From contig JBGANF010000017.1 in NCBI GenBank assembly GCA_044222475.1, forward strand, positions 22,727-86,726: 64,000 nt of DNA, given 5' to 3'. The translations under genes and the position numbers were made by a program. Shown here piece by piece: positions 28,322-37,320 of this stretch. Under the pieces are notes generated by a model. The model worked only from the letters and a program-made list of their open reading frames with translations, did no database searches and was not told where the DNA came from. This stretch comes from Polyangiaceae bacterium (GTDB taxonomy: Bacteria; Myxococcota_A; Polyangia; Polyangiales; Polyangiaceae). The first letter of the stretch is position 1. The number at the start of each line of letters is the position of its first letter.

Positions 28322-31300
28322 TCAGGCGAACTTCGCCTTCACCTCGGCCTTGCGCGTCGCGATCAGATCGCGAACGACCGCCGCCAGCTCCGCCGCGCCC
28401 TTCTCTGCGAGCAGGTCACCGAGGCGTTCGATCGCCCACCAGGTGAACGCCTCGTCGTGGTGGACCTCGTTCCAGGCCGCGATGAACTCGCTCGTCGCCT
28501 TCTCGCCGGCTCGCGCGCCGTCCATGGCGGTCACGCAGATCGCGACGAACGCGAGCAGCATCGTCTTGCGCCATCGGTCGTCCTGAGCCGCCACCGTGGC
28601 GACGCGCAGCTCGGCGGCGTGGCGCGCCGCACCCCAGTTGCCGCGCGCGAGATCGATCTTCATCCGCAGCTCGACGAGGTCGTACCCCGTCGCGCCGTCG
28701 CCGCTCTCTTCGACGACGCGCCCGAGCTCGCTCGCGACGGTCGCGGCGAACTCGATGTCGCCGAGCGCCAGCGCGCACTCGGCGAGCGCGATGCGGGTGA
28801 AGGGTCTCACCCAAGGTTCGCTCTGCGCGCCGAAGCGCTCGGCCTCGCGGGCGTGGTACAGCATCGCCTCACGATCGCCGCGCATGCCGGCGAGATCCGA
28901 GAGGCGATGGTGCGCCATCGTGAGCGTGTGCGCGTTCACTGCCTCGTGCTCTGGCTCGATGTCGACGATGGCGCGGGAGAGCGCCTCCGTCTCACGAAAC
29001 CGGTCTTGGTAGAAGTACGTGCTCGACACGTTGAACCGCGTGTCGCGCAACCCGGCGGCGTCGCCGATCGCCTCGAAGATCGCCGCCGCCTTCTCGTACT
29101 CCTCGCGAGCTTCTTCGTAGTGGAGCGTGAAGTAGTGACGGAGCCCTCGCACGCGGTGCACCGTCGCGGTGCGCGCGTCGAGCTGGGGCACGTTGTCTTC
29201 GCGAGTCCACCGCTCGAGCGTCTCGAGGTTCCGGGTCGCGAGGTCGAAGGCGCCGGCTCGGAGGGCGGCCCGGACGGCGATCGCGAGCGTCTTCGAGGCC
29301 TCGATGCCGTCACCCGCCTCGCGGTACAGCGTCGCAGCGCGCACCTGGATGTCGGCGCGCTCCGCGCCGTAAGCGCTCATGAGGCCGCTGGCGACGTCTC
29401 GCCGAAGCGAAGCCGCGGACGGGTGCGACGCGAGCTTCTCGAGGAGCGCCTCTTGGAAGAGCCCGTGATCGAAGCGGAGCGCGTCGCGATCGAAGCGCAC
29501 GATCCCGGACAACGTCGCGCGATCGAGGACGTCGTCGAGAGCGCCTCTGTCTTCGCCCGCGCACGCGGTGAGGGTGGCGACGCGGAACCGCGCCCCGAGC
29601 AGCGCCATCCGGAAGAGGACGCGCTCGGCAGCGGCCGCGTTCTCGCCGAACCCGGCGACGAGAGCATCGAGGCGTTGAATGAACACGCGCGCCGGCGACC
29701 GCGTCGCGAGGAGGAAGGCCGCCGGCTTGCCCTCGCGAGGTCGGTAGAGTCCTTCGTGGAGCTCCAGGGTTCCCGACTCGATCCAATCGCGCAGCGTCTG
29801 GACCAAGTGAAGGGGCGTTTCGTCCACCGCGGCGAGCGCGTCGCGCAGCGACGGATCGAGCGGAGCAGCGCGGTCGAGGAGGGCGCGTCGATCGGCTTCG
29901 GCGAGCAGACCGAGGTGCTCGAACTGCACGCGTTCGTTCTGCGCGAGTCGGCCGAGTCGTTCGCGGAGCGCCGGGTGGTCGGCCGTTCCCGTGCGAAGGG
30001 TGAGCGCGCAGAGCACGGGGAGGTCGGTCCCGAGCAACGCTTCGACGAGAGCGAGCGCTCCGTCGCGCGACCACCCTGCGTCGTCGAACCAGAGGTACAC
30101 GGGGCGATGGGCTGCGCACGCGGCGAGCGCGCTGAGCGCGAGGGTCACGACCTCCGCCTCGGGCATCGGCTCCGCCCGTCCGAGCCAGGCCTCCATGCGA
30201 GGCGCGTCGAACGGGAGCTTCCCGCTCGCATCGGCGAGCCAGCTCCACGCGGCGCGCACGTCGCCGCCGCGCACCGGAAACCCGAGCAACCGACGGAACG
30301 CGTGGCGAAGCCCGCCGGCGACGTTCGTCTCGGACACGTCGAACGCGGCGGCGGCGCTCTCCATCGACCCGGCTCGCTCGACCAACGCCATGCCGTGGCG
30401 GGCCAGCCGGCTCTTCCCCACGCCGGCGCTACCGAGGAACACGAGGACGCGGGGCTTTCGCTCCTGCGTGACGCGATCCACGAGGTGCTCGAACATCTGA
30501 GCCTCGCGATGGCGACCGATGAACGGGATCGCACGACGACCGTCGAGCGAGAGTCCCTCCGGTCGATCGGCAGGACGCATGAAGAGCGGTCCGGTGTCGC
30601 TTCGCGGTCGCTCGAGCACGGAGGGGCGCTCGACCACGTCGGTCTTCGACGGGATGCGACTCGCGGGAGTCACGGAGGCGGGGGCCAGCTCGGTTCGTGC
30701 GAACACGATGGCGGGCTCCGACCCGACCTCGGTCTTCGCCCCGCCGCGCGGTGCGGGCGCGGGTGCGGGCTGATCGAGCGTCTCTTCCGAGGCGCCGCCG
30801 GGGCGAAGCGTCGTGGGTCGCCTCGACGGCGCGGCCATGGCTTCGACGAGAGTGACCTCGGGCAGCGTGTCGGCGATGGCGCGCAGTCGCTGCGCGACGT
30901 CTGCAGCGAAGCGAGGGCGCCGCCGCGGGCTCGGGTCGAGCAGCTGGCGAAGGAGCGCGTCGAGATCGGTCGACGAGTTCACCCCAGCGCGCGGTTCGAA
31001 CGGCGGCGTGCCTAGGATCTTGCGCTGGAACAGCTCGGCGACGTTCTTCCCGCTCACCGGCGGCTGCCCGGCGAGGAGCTCGTAGAGCATGACGCCGAGC
31101 GCATAGAGATCGGTCCACGGTCCGAGCGCGTCGTCCCCGAAGTACTGCTCGGGGGCCATGTAGTACGGCGTGCCGGCGAATCGTTGGAGCGGTGCGGTCG
31201 GCACGAGCGGATCGATCACGTGAGCGATCCCGAAGTCGGTGATCTTCGCGCGCCCAGTGGCGCGCTCGACGAGCACGTTCGCGGGCTTCAGATCGCCGTG

Positions 31301-31678
31301 AACGATCCCGCTGCCGTGGGCGACGGCGAGCCCGTCCGCGACCTGAGCGAGCGCGTCGACGACCGGTCGCGCGCCAGGGAACACCGCGAGCCACTGGTCC
31401 AGATCGAAACCGGTGACGAGCTCCATCACGAGGAAGAGGTTCCCGGCGCCGTCGCCGCCGACGTCGAGGAGGCGGACGACGTGCTCGTCCTCGAGTTGCG
31501 CGGCGATCGTCGCCTCGGCGAGGAGCATGCGGCGCGCGGATGCGTCACCAGTGCGGACGAGCGTCTTGATCGCGACGGATGCACCCGTCTTTCGCGCGCG
31601 CGCCTCGTAGACTCGGCCCATCCCGCCGGAGCCGAGCAGGCGGACGACTTCGTAGTCGCTCCCTTCGAGCGGAGTCAT
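28322..31678 (-). CDS. Ser/Thr protein kinase with AAA ATPase and TPR-like domains
   Basis: LGSGGMGRVY, VAIK, HGDLKPAN, DFG, GTPYYMAPE; Walker A GSAGVGKS, Walker B LWFDD; helical C-terminus. Confidence 0.92.
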   Translation of the reverse strand: MTPLEGSDYEVVRLLGSGGMGRVYEARARKTGASVAIKTLVRTGDASARRMLLAEATIAAQLEDEHVVRLLDVGGDGAGNLFLVMELVTGFDLDQWLAVFPGARPVVDALAQVADGLAVAHGSGIVHGDLKPANVLVERATGRAKITDFGIAHVIDPLVPTAPLQRFAGTPYYMAPEQYFGDDALGPWTDLYALGVMLYELLAGQPPVSGKNVAELFQRKILGTPPFEPRAGVNSSTDLDALLRQLLDPSPRRRPRFAADVAQRLRAIADTLPEVTLVEAMAAPSRRPTTLRPGGASEETLDQPAPAPAPRGGAKTEVGSEPAIVFARTELAPASVTPASRIPSKTDVVERPSVLERPRSDTGPLFMRPADRPEGLSLDGRRAIPFIGRHREAQMFEHLVDRVTQERKPRVLVFLGSAGVGKSRLARHGMALVERAGSMESAAAAFDVSETNVAGGLRHAFRRLLGFPVRGGDVRAAWSWLADASGKLPFDAPRMEAWLGRAEPMPEAEVVTLALSALAACAAHRPVYLWFDDAGWSRDGALALVEALLGTDLPVLCALTLRTGTADHPALRERLGRLAQNERVQFEHLGLLAEADRRALLDRAAPLDPSLRDALAAVDETPLHLVQTLRDWIESGTLELHEGLYRPREGKPAAFLLATRSPARVFIQRLDALVAGFGENAAAAERVLFRMALLGARFRVATLTACAGEDRGALDDVLDRATLSGIVRFDRDALRFDHGLFQEALLEKLASHPSAASLRRDVASGLMSAYGAERADIQVRAATLYREAGDGIEASKTLAIAVRAALRAGAFDLATRNLETLERWTREDNVPQLDARTATVHRVRGLRHYFTLHYEEAREEYEKAAAIFEAIGDAAGLRDTRFNVSSTYFYQDRFRETEALSRAIVDIEPEHEAVNAHTLTMAHHRLSDLAGMRGDREAMLYHAREAERFGAQSEPWVRPFTRIALAECALALGDIEFAATVASELGRVVEESGDGATGYDLVELRMKIDLARGNWGAARHAAELRVATVAAQDDRWRKTMLLAFVAICVTAMDGARAGEKATSEFIAAWNEVHHDEAFTWWAIERLGDLLAEKGAAELAAVVRDLIATRKAEVKAKFA

Positions 31679-31682
31679 GGCC

Positions 31683-33476
31683 CTACCGTAGCGCGTCGCG
31701 ACGGGGATGCGCCGGCGGAGGCTCGACCTTCGGCGGAGGCGGCGCCACGCGGGTCGCGAGGTCGTCCTTCGGCGCGACCAGGCGCACGTCCGCGAGCGCG
31801 AGCGTCGTCGCTTCGCGATCGTCGGCGATGGCCGCACCGATCGCGCGAAGGCGCAAGAGCATCACGGTGGCTGCGCGGAGGTCGCCGTGGTCCTTCACCG
31901 TCGTCGCGAGCGACTGCAGATCGGCGAGCCCGGACTCGCGCGCCGCTCGGCGATCGCTCGCGCCTCGGGGCTCGATGCTGAACCGAAGCGAGAGGCCTGC
32001 GGGCACGAAGTGGCGCGCGACGCTCCGCGACCACGCCGGATCGAACACGACGTCGACCTCGCGCGCAGTGGCGAGCTCGGACAGCGCGTACTCGCTCGGC
32101 GCCCCCTCGAGCGCGATGTCGCGGAGGACGCCGCTGAGCTTGGGCTCGGCTCGGAGCGCAGAGATGGCGGCCGACCCGCCCGCGTCGAACAGCGGCACGA
32201 GGAGGACGGTGCGATCGAGCGCGCCCCGCGTTCGCGCCGCCAGCGCGTGCTCGTAGACGTCCCTGCGGGGGACGAGGACGATCGCGCCGGGCGAGAAACC
32301 GCCGGCGAAGCTGCGCTCCCACGCGTCGGTTGGCGCTCCGTTGCGAACGGCGAGCGCGAGCGTCGCATCGTCGGCGCTGCGGGCGACGATCGCCAGATCG
32401 AAGAGCACGAGCAGCGTCGCGCTCGCGCGCGCGAACGGAACGCGCGCCGCCGAGACGCGCGCCGTGAGCGCGTACATCCCCGCGGCGGTGAGGACGGACG
32501 CCGTACCGATCGCGCCGAGGACGGCGGCGGCGGCGTGCTCTTCGCCCGCGGCGGCGCCCAACCGCACCGCCGCGAAACCGAGGGCGGTCGCGACGACGAG
32601 TCCGATCCCCAGACGACGGGCCCTGAGGATCGTGAACGCGGCGCCGACGGCCGCGAACGCGACGGCCACGATGCCCAGCTCGCGCGACACGAGCGGCCAA
32701 GGGTTGCGTGTACCAATTTGGTACGACTCGGCGATCGGGTGGGCGAAGATGCCGCCTGGCAGCTCGAGCTCGGGGGCGACGCGTCGCCGGAGAAGCGCCA
32801 TGAGCGGCGGGAGCGCGGCGACGCAGATCCCGGCAGAGAGCGCGAACGCGAAGCGTGGATGCCGGAGCGACGCGATCTGCCTCGGCGAGGCCACGAGCGG
32901 CAGGAGGAGGCCCGCGGCGACGCCGCAGACCAGCGGCTCGTACGTGGCCGCGAGACCGAAGAGCAGCGCGGTTCGCAACGTCCGCGCCGCTCCGGGGCGA
33001 CCATCGACCCACGCCCACGCCGGGGCGACGGTCAGGAACGCGCCGAGAGAAGCGCCGCCGCACACCGAAGCCTCCATCTGGGACACGGTCGCGAAGCCCG
33101 CGAGGAGCGCGCCGACCAACGCGACGAGGGTGCGGAGCGCGTCGGGCTCGGGCTTGTCGTCGATCCTCCGGCCGACGGCGAGCGCGATGCGGAACAGCGC
33201 GACGCAGAACAGCGCGAGCATCGCGGCCGATACCCACGCGGCGCGGATGGCCGGCGTGGCGAGCGGAAGCAGGAGGACCGGCCGCGCGACGATCGAGTCG
33301 AGGGAGCGGAAGACCCCCGTGGCGGCGCCTCCGAGGACCCGGAGCACCGCTCGGTCCCGATCGAGATCGGGCGACGCGAGCGCGTGGCGCGCGGCGAACG
33401 CGCCCGGGAGCAGCGCGGCCAGGGCGGCAGCCACCGCCTCGAACGTACGTGCAGCCTGACTGGCTCGCGAGCGCAT
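31683..33476 (-). CDS. Multi-pass membrane protein (possibly DUF2723/GT-C-like)
   Basis: Many TM segments followed by a soluble domain; family call weak. Confidence 0.6.
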   Translation of the reverse strand: MRSRASQAARTFEAVAAALAALLPGAFAARHALASPDLDRDRAVLRVLGGAATGVFRSLDSIVARPVLLLPLATPAIRAAWVSAAMLALFCVALFRIALAVGRRIDDKPEPDALRTLVALVGALLAGFATVSQMEASVCGGASLGAFLTVAPAWAWVDGRPGAARTLRTALLFGLAATYEPLVCGVAAGLLLPLVASPRQIASLRHPRFAFALSAGICVAALPPLMALLRRRVAPELELPGGIFAHPIAESYQIGTRNPWPLVSRELGIVAVAFAAVGAAFTILRARRLGIGLVVATALGFAAVRLGAAAGEEHAAAAVLGAIGTASVLTAAGMYALTARVSAARVPFARASATLLVLFDLAIVARSADDATLALAVRNGAPTDAWERSFAGGFSPGAIVLVPRRDVYEHALAARTRGALDRTVLLVPLFDAGGSAAISALRAEPKLSGVLRDIALEGAPSEYALSELATAREVDVVFDPAWSRSVARHFVPAGLSLRFSIEPRGASDRRAARESGLADLQSLATTVKDHGDLRAATVMLLRLRAIGAAIADDREATTLALADVRLVAPKDDLATRVAPPPPKVEPPPAHPRRDALR

Positions 33477-33598
33477 GCCCCTCTTGCAGTACGGCGCAAC
33501 GACCTTTCCGGGCAAATTCACGGCTTTCGTTGTGCTCGGTCGGTTTCCGGCTACTGTGGCGTCCCTTCTTTGGGGGGTCTTTTTCAAGGAGACACCGA

Positions 33599-35485
33599 GT
33601 GGCCAGGTTCATCGACGAGCTCAAACGAACGCACCACAACGCCGCCCTTCGGGCCGGCGATGCGGGCAAGGAAGTGGTCCTCTTCGGCTGGGTCGCGAGC
33701 TACCGCGATCACGGCGGCTGCGTCTTCGTCGATCTCCGCGACCGCGAGGGCATCACCCAGCTCGTGTTCGACCCCGAGCTCAGCGGCTTCGACGCGCTCC
33801 CGAAGGCGGCCTACGACGCTGCGCAAGCGCTCCGCTCGGAGTGGGTCATCGGCATCCGCGGCGTCGTGGTCTCGCGCGGCAAGAACGCGAACCCCAAGCT
33901 CCCCACCGGCGAGATCGAGATCCACGTCGCCGAGCTCGCGATCTTCAACAAGGCCGACACGACCCCGTTCGAGATCCTCGACAAGATCGACACCGCCGAG
34001 GAGAAGCGCTTCCAGTACCGCTACCTCGATCTGCGTCGCGCGCCGCTGCAGAAGACGCTGCGCGTGCGCCACCGCATCCACCAGATCACCCGCCGCTACT
34101 TCGACGACAACGGCTTCCTCGAGCTCGAGACGCCGGTCATGGTGAAGTACACGCCGGGCGGTGCGCGCAACTTCCTGGTGCCGAGCCGCATGAACCCGGG
34201 GAAGTTCTTCGCCCTGGCCGAGAGCCCGCAGCTCTTCAAGCAGCTCTACATGGTCGCCGGGTTCGACCGGTACTTCCAGATCGTGAAGTGCTTCCGCGAC
34301 GAGGACCTTCGCCTCGATCGCCAGCCCGAGTTCACTCAGATCGACGTCGAGATGAGCTTCGTCGCTCAGGACGACGTGTTCCGCGTGATGGAGGGGCTGA
34401 TCTTCGCGGTGTGGAAGGAGGTCCTCGGGATCGACCTCAAGGAGAAGTACCCGAGCGGTCGCTTCCCGCAGATGCCGTTCGAAGAGTCGATGGGCAAGTA
34501 CGGCAACGACAAGCCCGACCTTCGCTTCGGCATGCCTCACACCGACATCACGAGCGTGGTGATCGATCACGCGGGCGGCGGGATCCCGTTCTGGAAGGAC
34601 ATCGCCGACAAGTTCACCGCCGGAACCTACCGGCGCGATCTCCCGACCGAGATCGTGAAGGCGCTGCGCATCCCGGCCGAGCACGCGAGCAAGATGTCGC
34701 GCACCGAGACCGACAAGCTCGAGGACGTCGTGAAGGGCATGGGGGCCAAAGGGCTCGCGCGCGCCAAGGTCGACGCGACCGGCAACTGGACCCAGTCGCC
34801 GCTCGCCAAGACGATCACGCCGGAGCTTCGCGCGGCGATCAACGAGGCGACGGGCGCCAAGGATGGTGACCTCCTCCTCTTCCAGTTCGGCAAGGAGAGC
34901 GTCGTCCAGACGGTCATGGCGAACCTTCGCGTGATCCTCGCGAAGAAGATGGGTCTCATTCCCGACAGCGGTCACGGCGGCAAGTTCGAGTTCCTGTGGG
35001 TCGTGAACCCGCCGCTCTTCGAGTACGACGAGGACAAGAAGACGTGGGCCGCCGCGCACCACGCGTTCACGCGTCCGCACGACGCCTGCGTCGAGATGCT
35101 CGAGACCGATCCGGGCAAGGTGCTCTGCCACCGCTACGACCTCGTGCTCAACGGCTTCGAGATCGGCGGCGGGAGCATCCGGCTCCACGATCCGGCGGTG
35201 CAGGCGAAGGTCTTCCGTGCGTTGGGGATCTCGGACGAAGAGGCGAAGCAGAAGTTCGGCTTCCTCCTCGACGCGCTTCGCTTCGGCGCGCCGCCGCACG
35301 GCGGGATCGCGATCGGCATGGACCGACTCGCGATGCTCTTGTCCGGGGCGGAGAGCCTGCGCGACGTGATTCCGTTCCCGAAGACGCAGAAGGGGACCGA
35401 CTTGATGACCGATGCCCCGAGCAAGGCATCGCCCGAGCAGCTCGCCGAGCTGCGGGTGCGCGTCATCGAGCCGCCGACGTCGTGA
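33599..35485 (+). CDS. aspS: Aspartate--tRNA ligase
   Basis: RTH..GWV..RDHGG..DLRDREG, YRYLDLRR, CFRDED.R.DRQPEFTQ, GGGSIR, PPHGGIAIG.DR; SD AAGGAG before GTG 33599. Confidence 0.98.
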   Translation: MARFIDELKRTHHNAALRAGDAGKEVVLFGWVASYRDHGGCVFVDLRDREGITQLVFDPELSGFDALPKAAYDAAQALRSEWVIGIRGVVVSRGKNANPKLPTGEIEIHVAELAIFNKADTTPFEILDKIDTAEEKRFQYRYLDLRRAPLQKTLRVRHRIHQITRRYFDDNGFLELETPVMVKYTPGGARNFLVPSRMNPGKFFALAESPQLFKQLYMVAGFDRYFQIVKCFRDEDLRLDRQPEFTQIDVEMSFVAQDDVFRVMEGLIFAVWKEVLGIDLKEKYPSGRFPQMPFEESMGKYGNDKPDLRFGMPHTDITSVVIDHAGGGIPFWKDIADKFTAGTYRRDLPTEIVKALRIPAEHASKMSRTETDKLEDVVKGMGAKGLARAKVDATGNWTQSPLAKTITPELRAAINEATGAKDGDLLLFQFGKESVVQTVMANLRVILAKKMGLIPDSGHGGKFEFLWVVNPPLFEYDEDKKTWAAAHHAFTRPHDACVEMLETDPGKVLCHRYDLVLNGFEIGGGSIRLHDPAVQAKVFRALGISDEEAKQKFGFLLDALRFGAPPHGGIAIGMDRLAMLLSGAESLRDVIPFPKTQKGTDLMTDAPSKASPEQLAELRVRVIEPPTS

Positions 35486-35952
35486 ACGCGCGATCGGTGG
35501 TGATCACGGTCGTGCTGGCCGTCGCCGCATGCGACGGGACCGGTGCGTACGTGTATTATGCACGTAGGTACGACGAGCCGCGGGACTGTCTCGACAAGGT
35601 CGAGGCGCTCGACGTGATGTCCGGGACCGATCCGGGGCTCGGTTGCGCGGCGCGGTGCATCTCGGTGAAGGACTTCGACGGCGCGGTGTCGCTCTACGGG
35701 ACGACGGCGTGCGGGCCGACTCCGTACGGGGCGAACGCGAGCGAGGCCGACCCGCGCTGCCCGGCGGTGCGCGCCGCGGTGACGACGAGCAACCTGTGCA
35801 AGTCGGACTCGGGCATCAAGGACGCCGGGGCCGATGCTCCGGTCGAGGCCGCGGTGGACGACGCGGCGGTCGATGCGCCGGTCGACGCTGCCGACGCTGC
35901 CGACGCTGCCGACGCGGCGAGCGACGTGTCGGCCGACGTCAGCCCGGACTGA
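35482..35952 (+). CDS. Small Cys-rich lipoprotein with Asp/Ala tail
   Basis: VNARSVVITVVLAVAAC lipobox; GTGA coupling to aspS; DAG/DAA tail. Confidence 0.7.
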   Translation: MNARSVVITVVLAVAACDGTGAYVYYARRYDEPRDCLDKVEALDVMSGTDPGLGCAARCISVKDFDGAVSLYGTTACGPTPYGANASEADPRCPAVRAAVTTSNLCKSDSGIKDAGADAPVEAAVDDAAVDAPVDAADAADAADAASDVSADVSPD

Positions 35953-35996
35953 CCAGCGCGTCGGTGGACGGATGCTCTGAGTCCACCACGGTCGCT

Positions 35997-36242
35997 TTGC
36001 TCCCTCCGAGCGAGGCGCCCGCCCGTCCAGGCCCTACACGCACTTCTCCATAACGGTCCCAAGGTACCGAACCCGGAGTGATCCGGCGGAGAGAGCGCTG
36101 CGCGGTCTCGCGTCCTGCGAGATCGCGAGTGCGTGCCCACTGCCGGCGCGAGCCATTGCGTCGGTAAGGGCGGCCGTACCAAAAGAACGTCCCTCACGGG
36201 ACCAGGCTTGGACACTCGGACGCCTCGCTCGGGGCGGAGCAA
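35997..36242 (+). ncRNA. Candidate structured ncRNA (~246 nt, rod-like with central bubble and branched apex; loosely 6S-like architecture)
   Basis: Nested pairings 35997-36017/36221-36242, 36025-36033/36205-36213 and 36063-36067/36176-36180; apical hairpins 36073-36086 (GUGA loop), 36101-36127 and 36135-36171; mismatches are G-U on the + strand. Family not identified. Confidence 0.55.
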
Positions 36243-36332
36243 CTCACCTCGCAGGCTTCTCCGCTGGACGGAGAGGAGAGAAGGAGAGGAGAGAAGCAGG
36301 GGTGCCCCCCACAGTTGATCTTCGCTTCACGC

Positions 36333-36484
36333 AACGCCGTGCTCGGCGACGTGCTCGCCTTTTCTGGCGGATACGCGATGTCCCAAAGAGGGACACGCTG
36401 CACCTGCCAGAAAAGGCTGCGCGCGACGCCTGCGCGCGGCGTTAGGCCCCCCAAGCTCGGCGCTTCGCGCCGAGCGGGGGGCCT
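36333..36484. repeat. Two adjacent long palindromes (REP/REPIN-like)
   Basis: 36333-36443 imperfect hairpin with perfect core GCCTTTTCTGGC/GCCAGAAAAGGC (36357-36368/36406-36417); 36444-36484 AGGCCCCCC-aa-GCTCGGCGC-ttc-GCGCCGAGC-GGGGGGCCT. Confidence 0.75.
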
Positions 36485-36487
36485 CTG

Positions 36488-36643
36488 CCGCTTCCGCTAC
36501 CCGCTACCCGCTACGCGCTTCCGCTTCCGTTTCGGTTTCCGCTTCCGCTTCCGCTTCCGCTTCCGCTTCCGCTTCCGCTTCCGCTTCCGCTTCCGCTTCC
36601 GCTTCCGCTTCCGCTTCCGCCTCCGCCTCCGCTTCCGCTTCCG
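36488..36643. repeat. Hexanucleotide microsatellite (TTCCGC)n
   Basis: 14 perfect TTCCGC units at 36537-36620, flanked by degenerate units (CCCGCTA, CCGTTT, CTCCGC). Confidence 0.95.
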
Positions 36644-36702
36644 AATTGCCGCGGCTACTTGACTGGCGGCCTCATCGTGACCATCTATGCCGTATTCAAG
36701 TC

Positions 36703-37320
36703 ATGCGTCGGCGTCCTCGCCAGCTCGAGCTACCGATGTTCCGTCACGGCGGTGCGCGCCGCGGTGCGGGTCGCCCGCAAACGTCGCGGTTCGTGTCGCA
36801 CGTTGCGCGGCCGCGCTTCGATGGGGCGCACGCGCCGCTGCACGTCACGCTGCGCATGGATCCTCGGGTGTGGAACCTCCGCAGCCAGCGTGGGTTCGCC
36901 TGCGTCGCCCACGCGCTCCGCGCGGAGCGTTCGCGCGGCGAGCTTCGGGTCGTCCACTTCTCGGTCCAGGGGAATCACGTGCACCTCGTGGTCGAGGCGA
37001 ACGACCAGGCGACGCTCTCGCGTCGCATGCAGGGCTTCGGCGTGCGTCTCGCGCGCCGCATCAACGTGATGATGGGGCGCCGTCGCGGTCGCGTCCTCGC
37101 GGATCGCTATCACGCGCGTGCTCTTCGCACCCCGCGCGAGGTGCATCGGGTGATTCGCTACGTGCTGAACAATCACGCCAAGCACGCGCGGCAAGCGGGG
37201 CGCACCGCGCCGCCGATCGATCGCTACTCGTCGTGGGCGACCGCAGCGGTAGGCCCGCCGTTGACGTCGGGGCCCGTCACTTGGCTCCTCGAGAGCGGTT
37301 TCCAGCGCGCCGGGCCGTGA
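36703..37320 (+). mobile_element. REP-associated tyrosine transposase-like protein (RAYT / Y1 HUH family)
   Basis: PLHVTLR, FSVQGNHVHLVVE (HUH), GRVLADRYHAR, IRYVLNN (catalytic Tyr), RYSS; no tnpB adjacent. Confidence 0.85.

Noticed and set aside
35997..36484. Retron msr-msd, tmRNA, RNase P, SRP, twister ribozyme or glycine/cobalamin riboswitch
   Set aside because: There is no reverse transcriptase in the window, and the diagnostic motifs of each are missing. Only short partial resemblances are present (TCCACCA, GGTCCCAAG, GGAGAG).
36315..36662. 115-aa ORF with poly-(FR)
   Set aside because: It is only the translation of the hairpins and the TTCCGC tract; no coding signal.
36703..37320. IS200/IS605 element with TnpB
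   Set aside because: No tnpB and no downstream end hairpin; the motifs fit the RAYT-like branch better.
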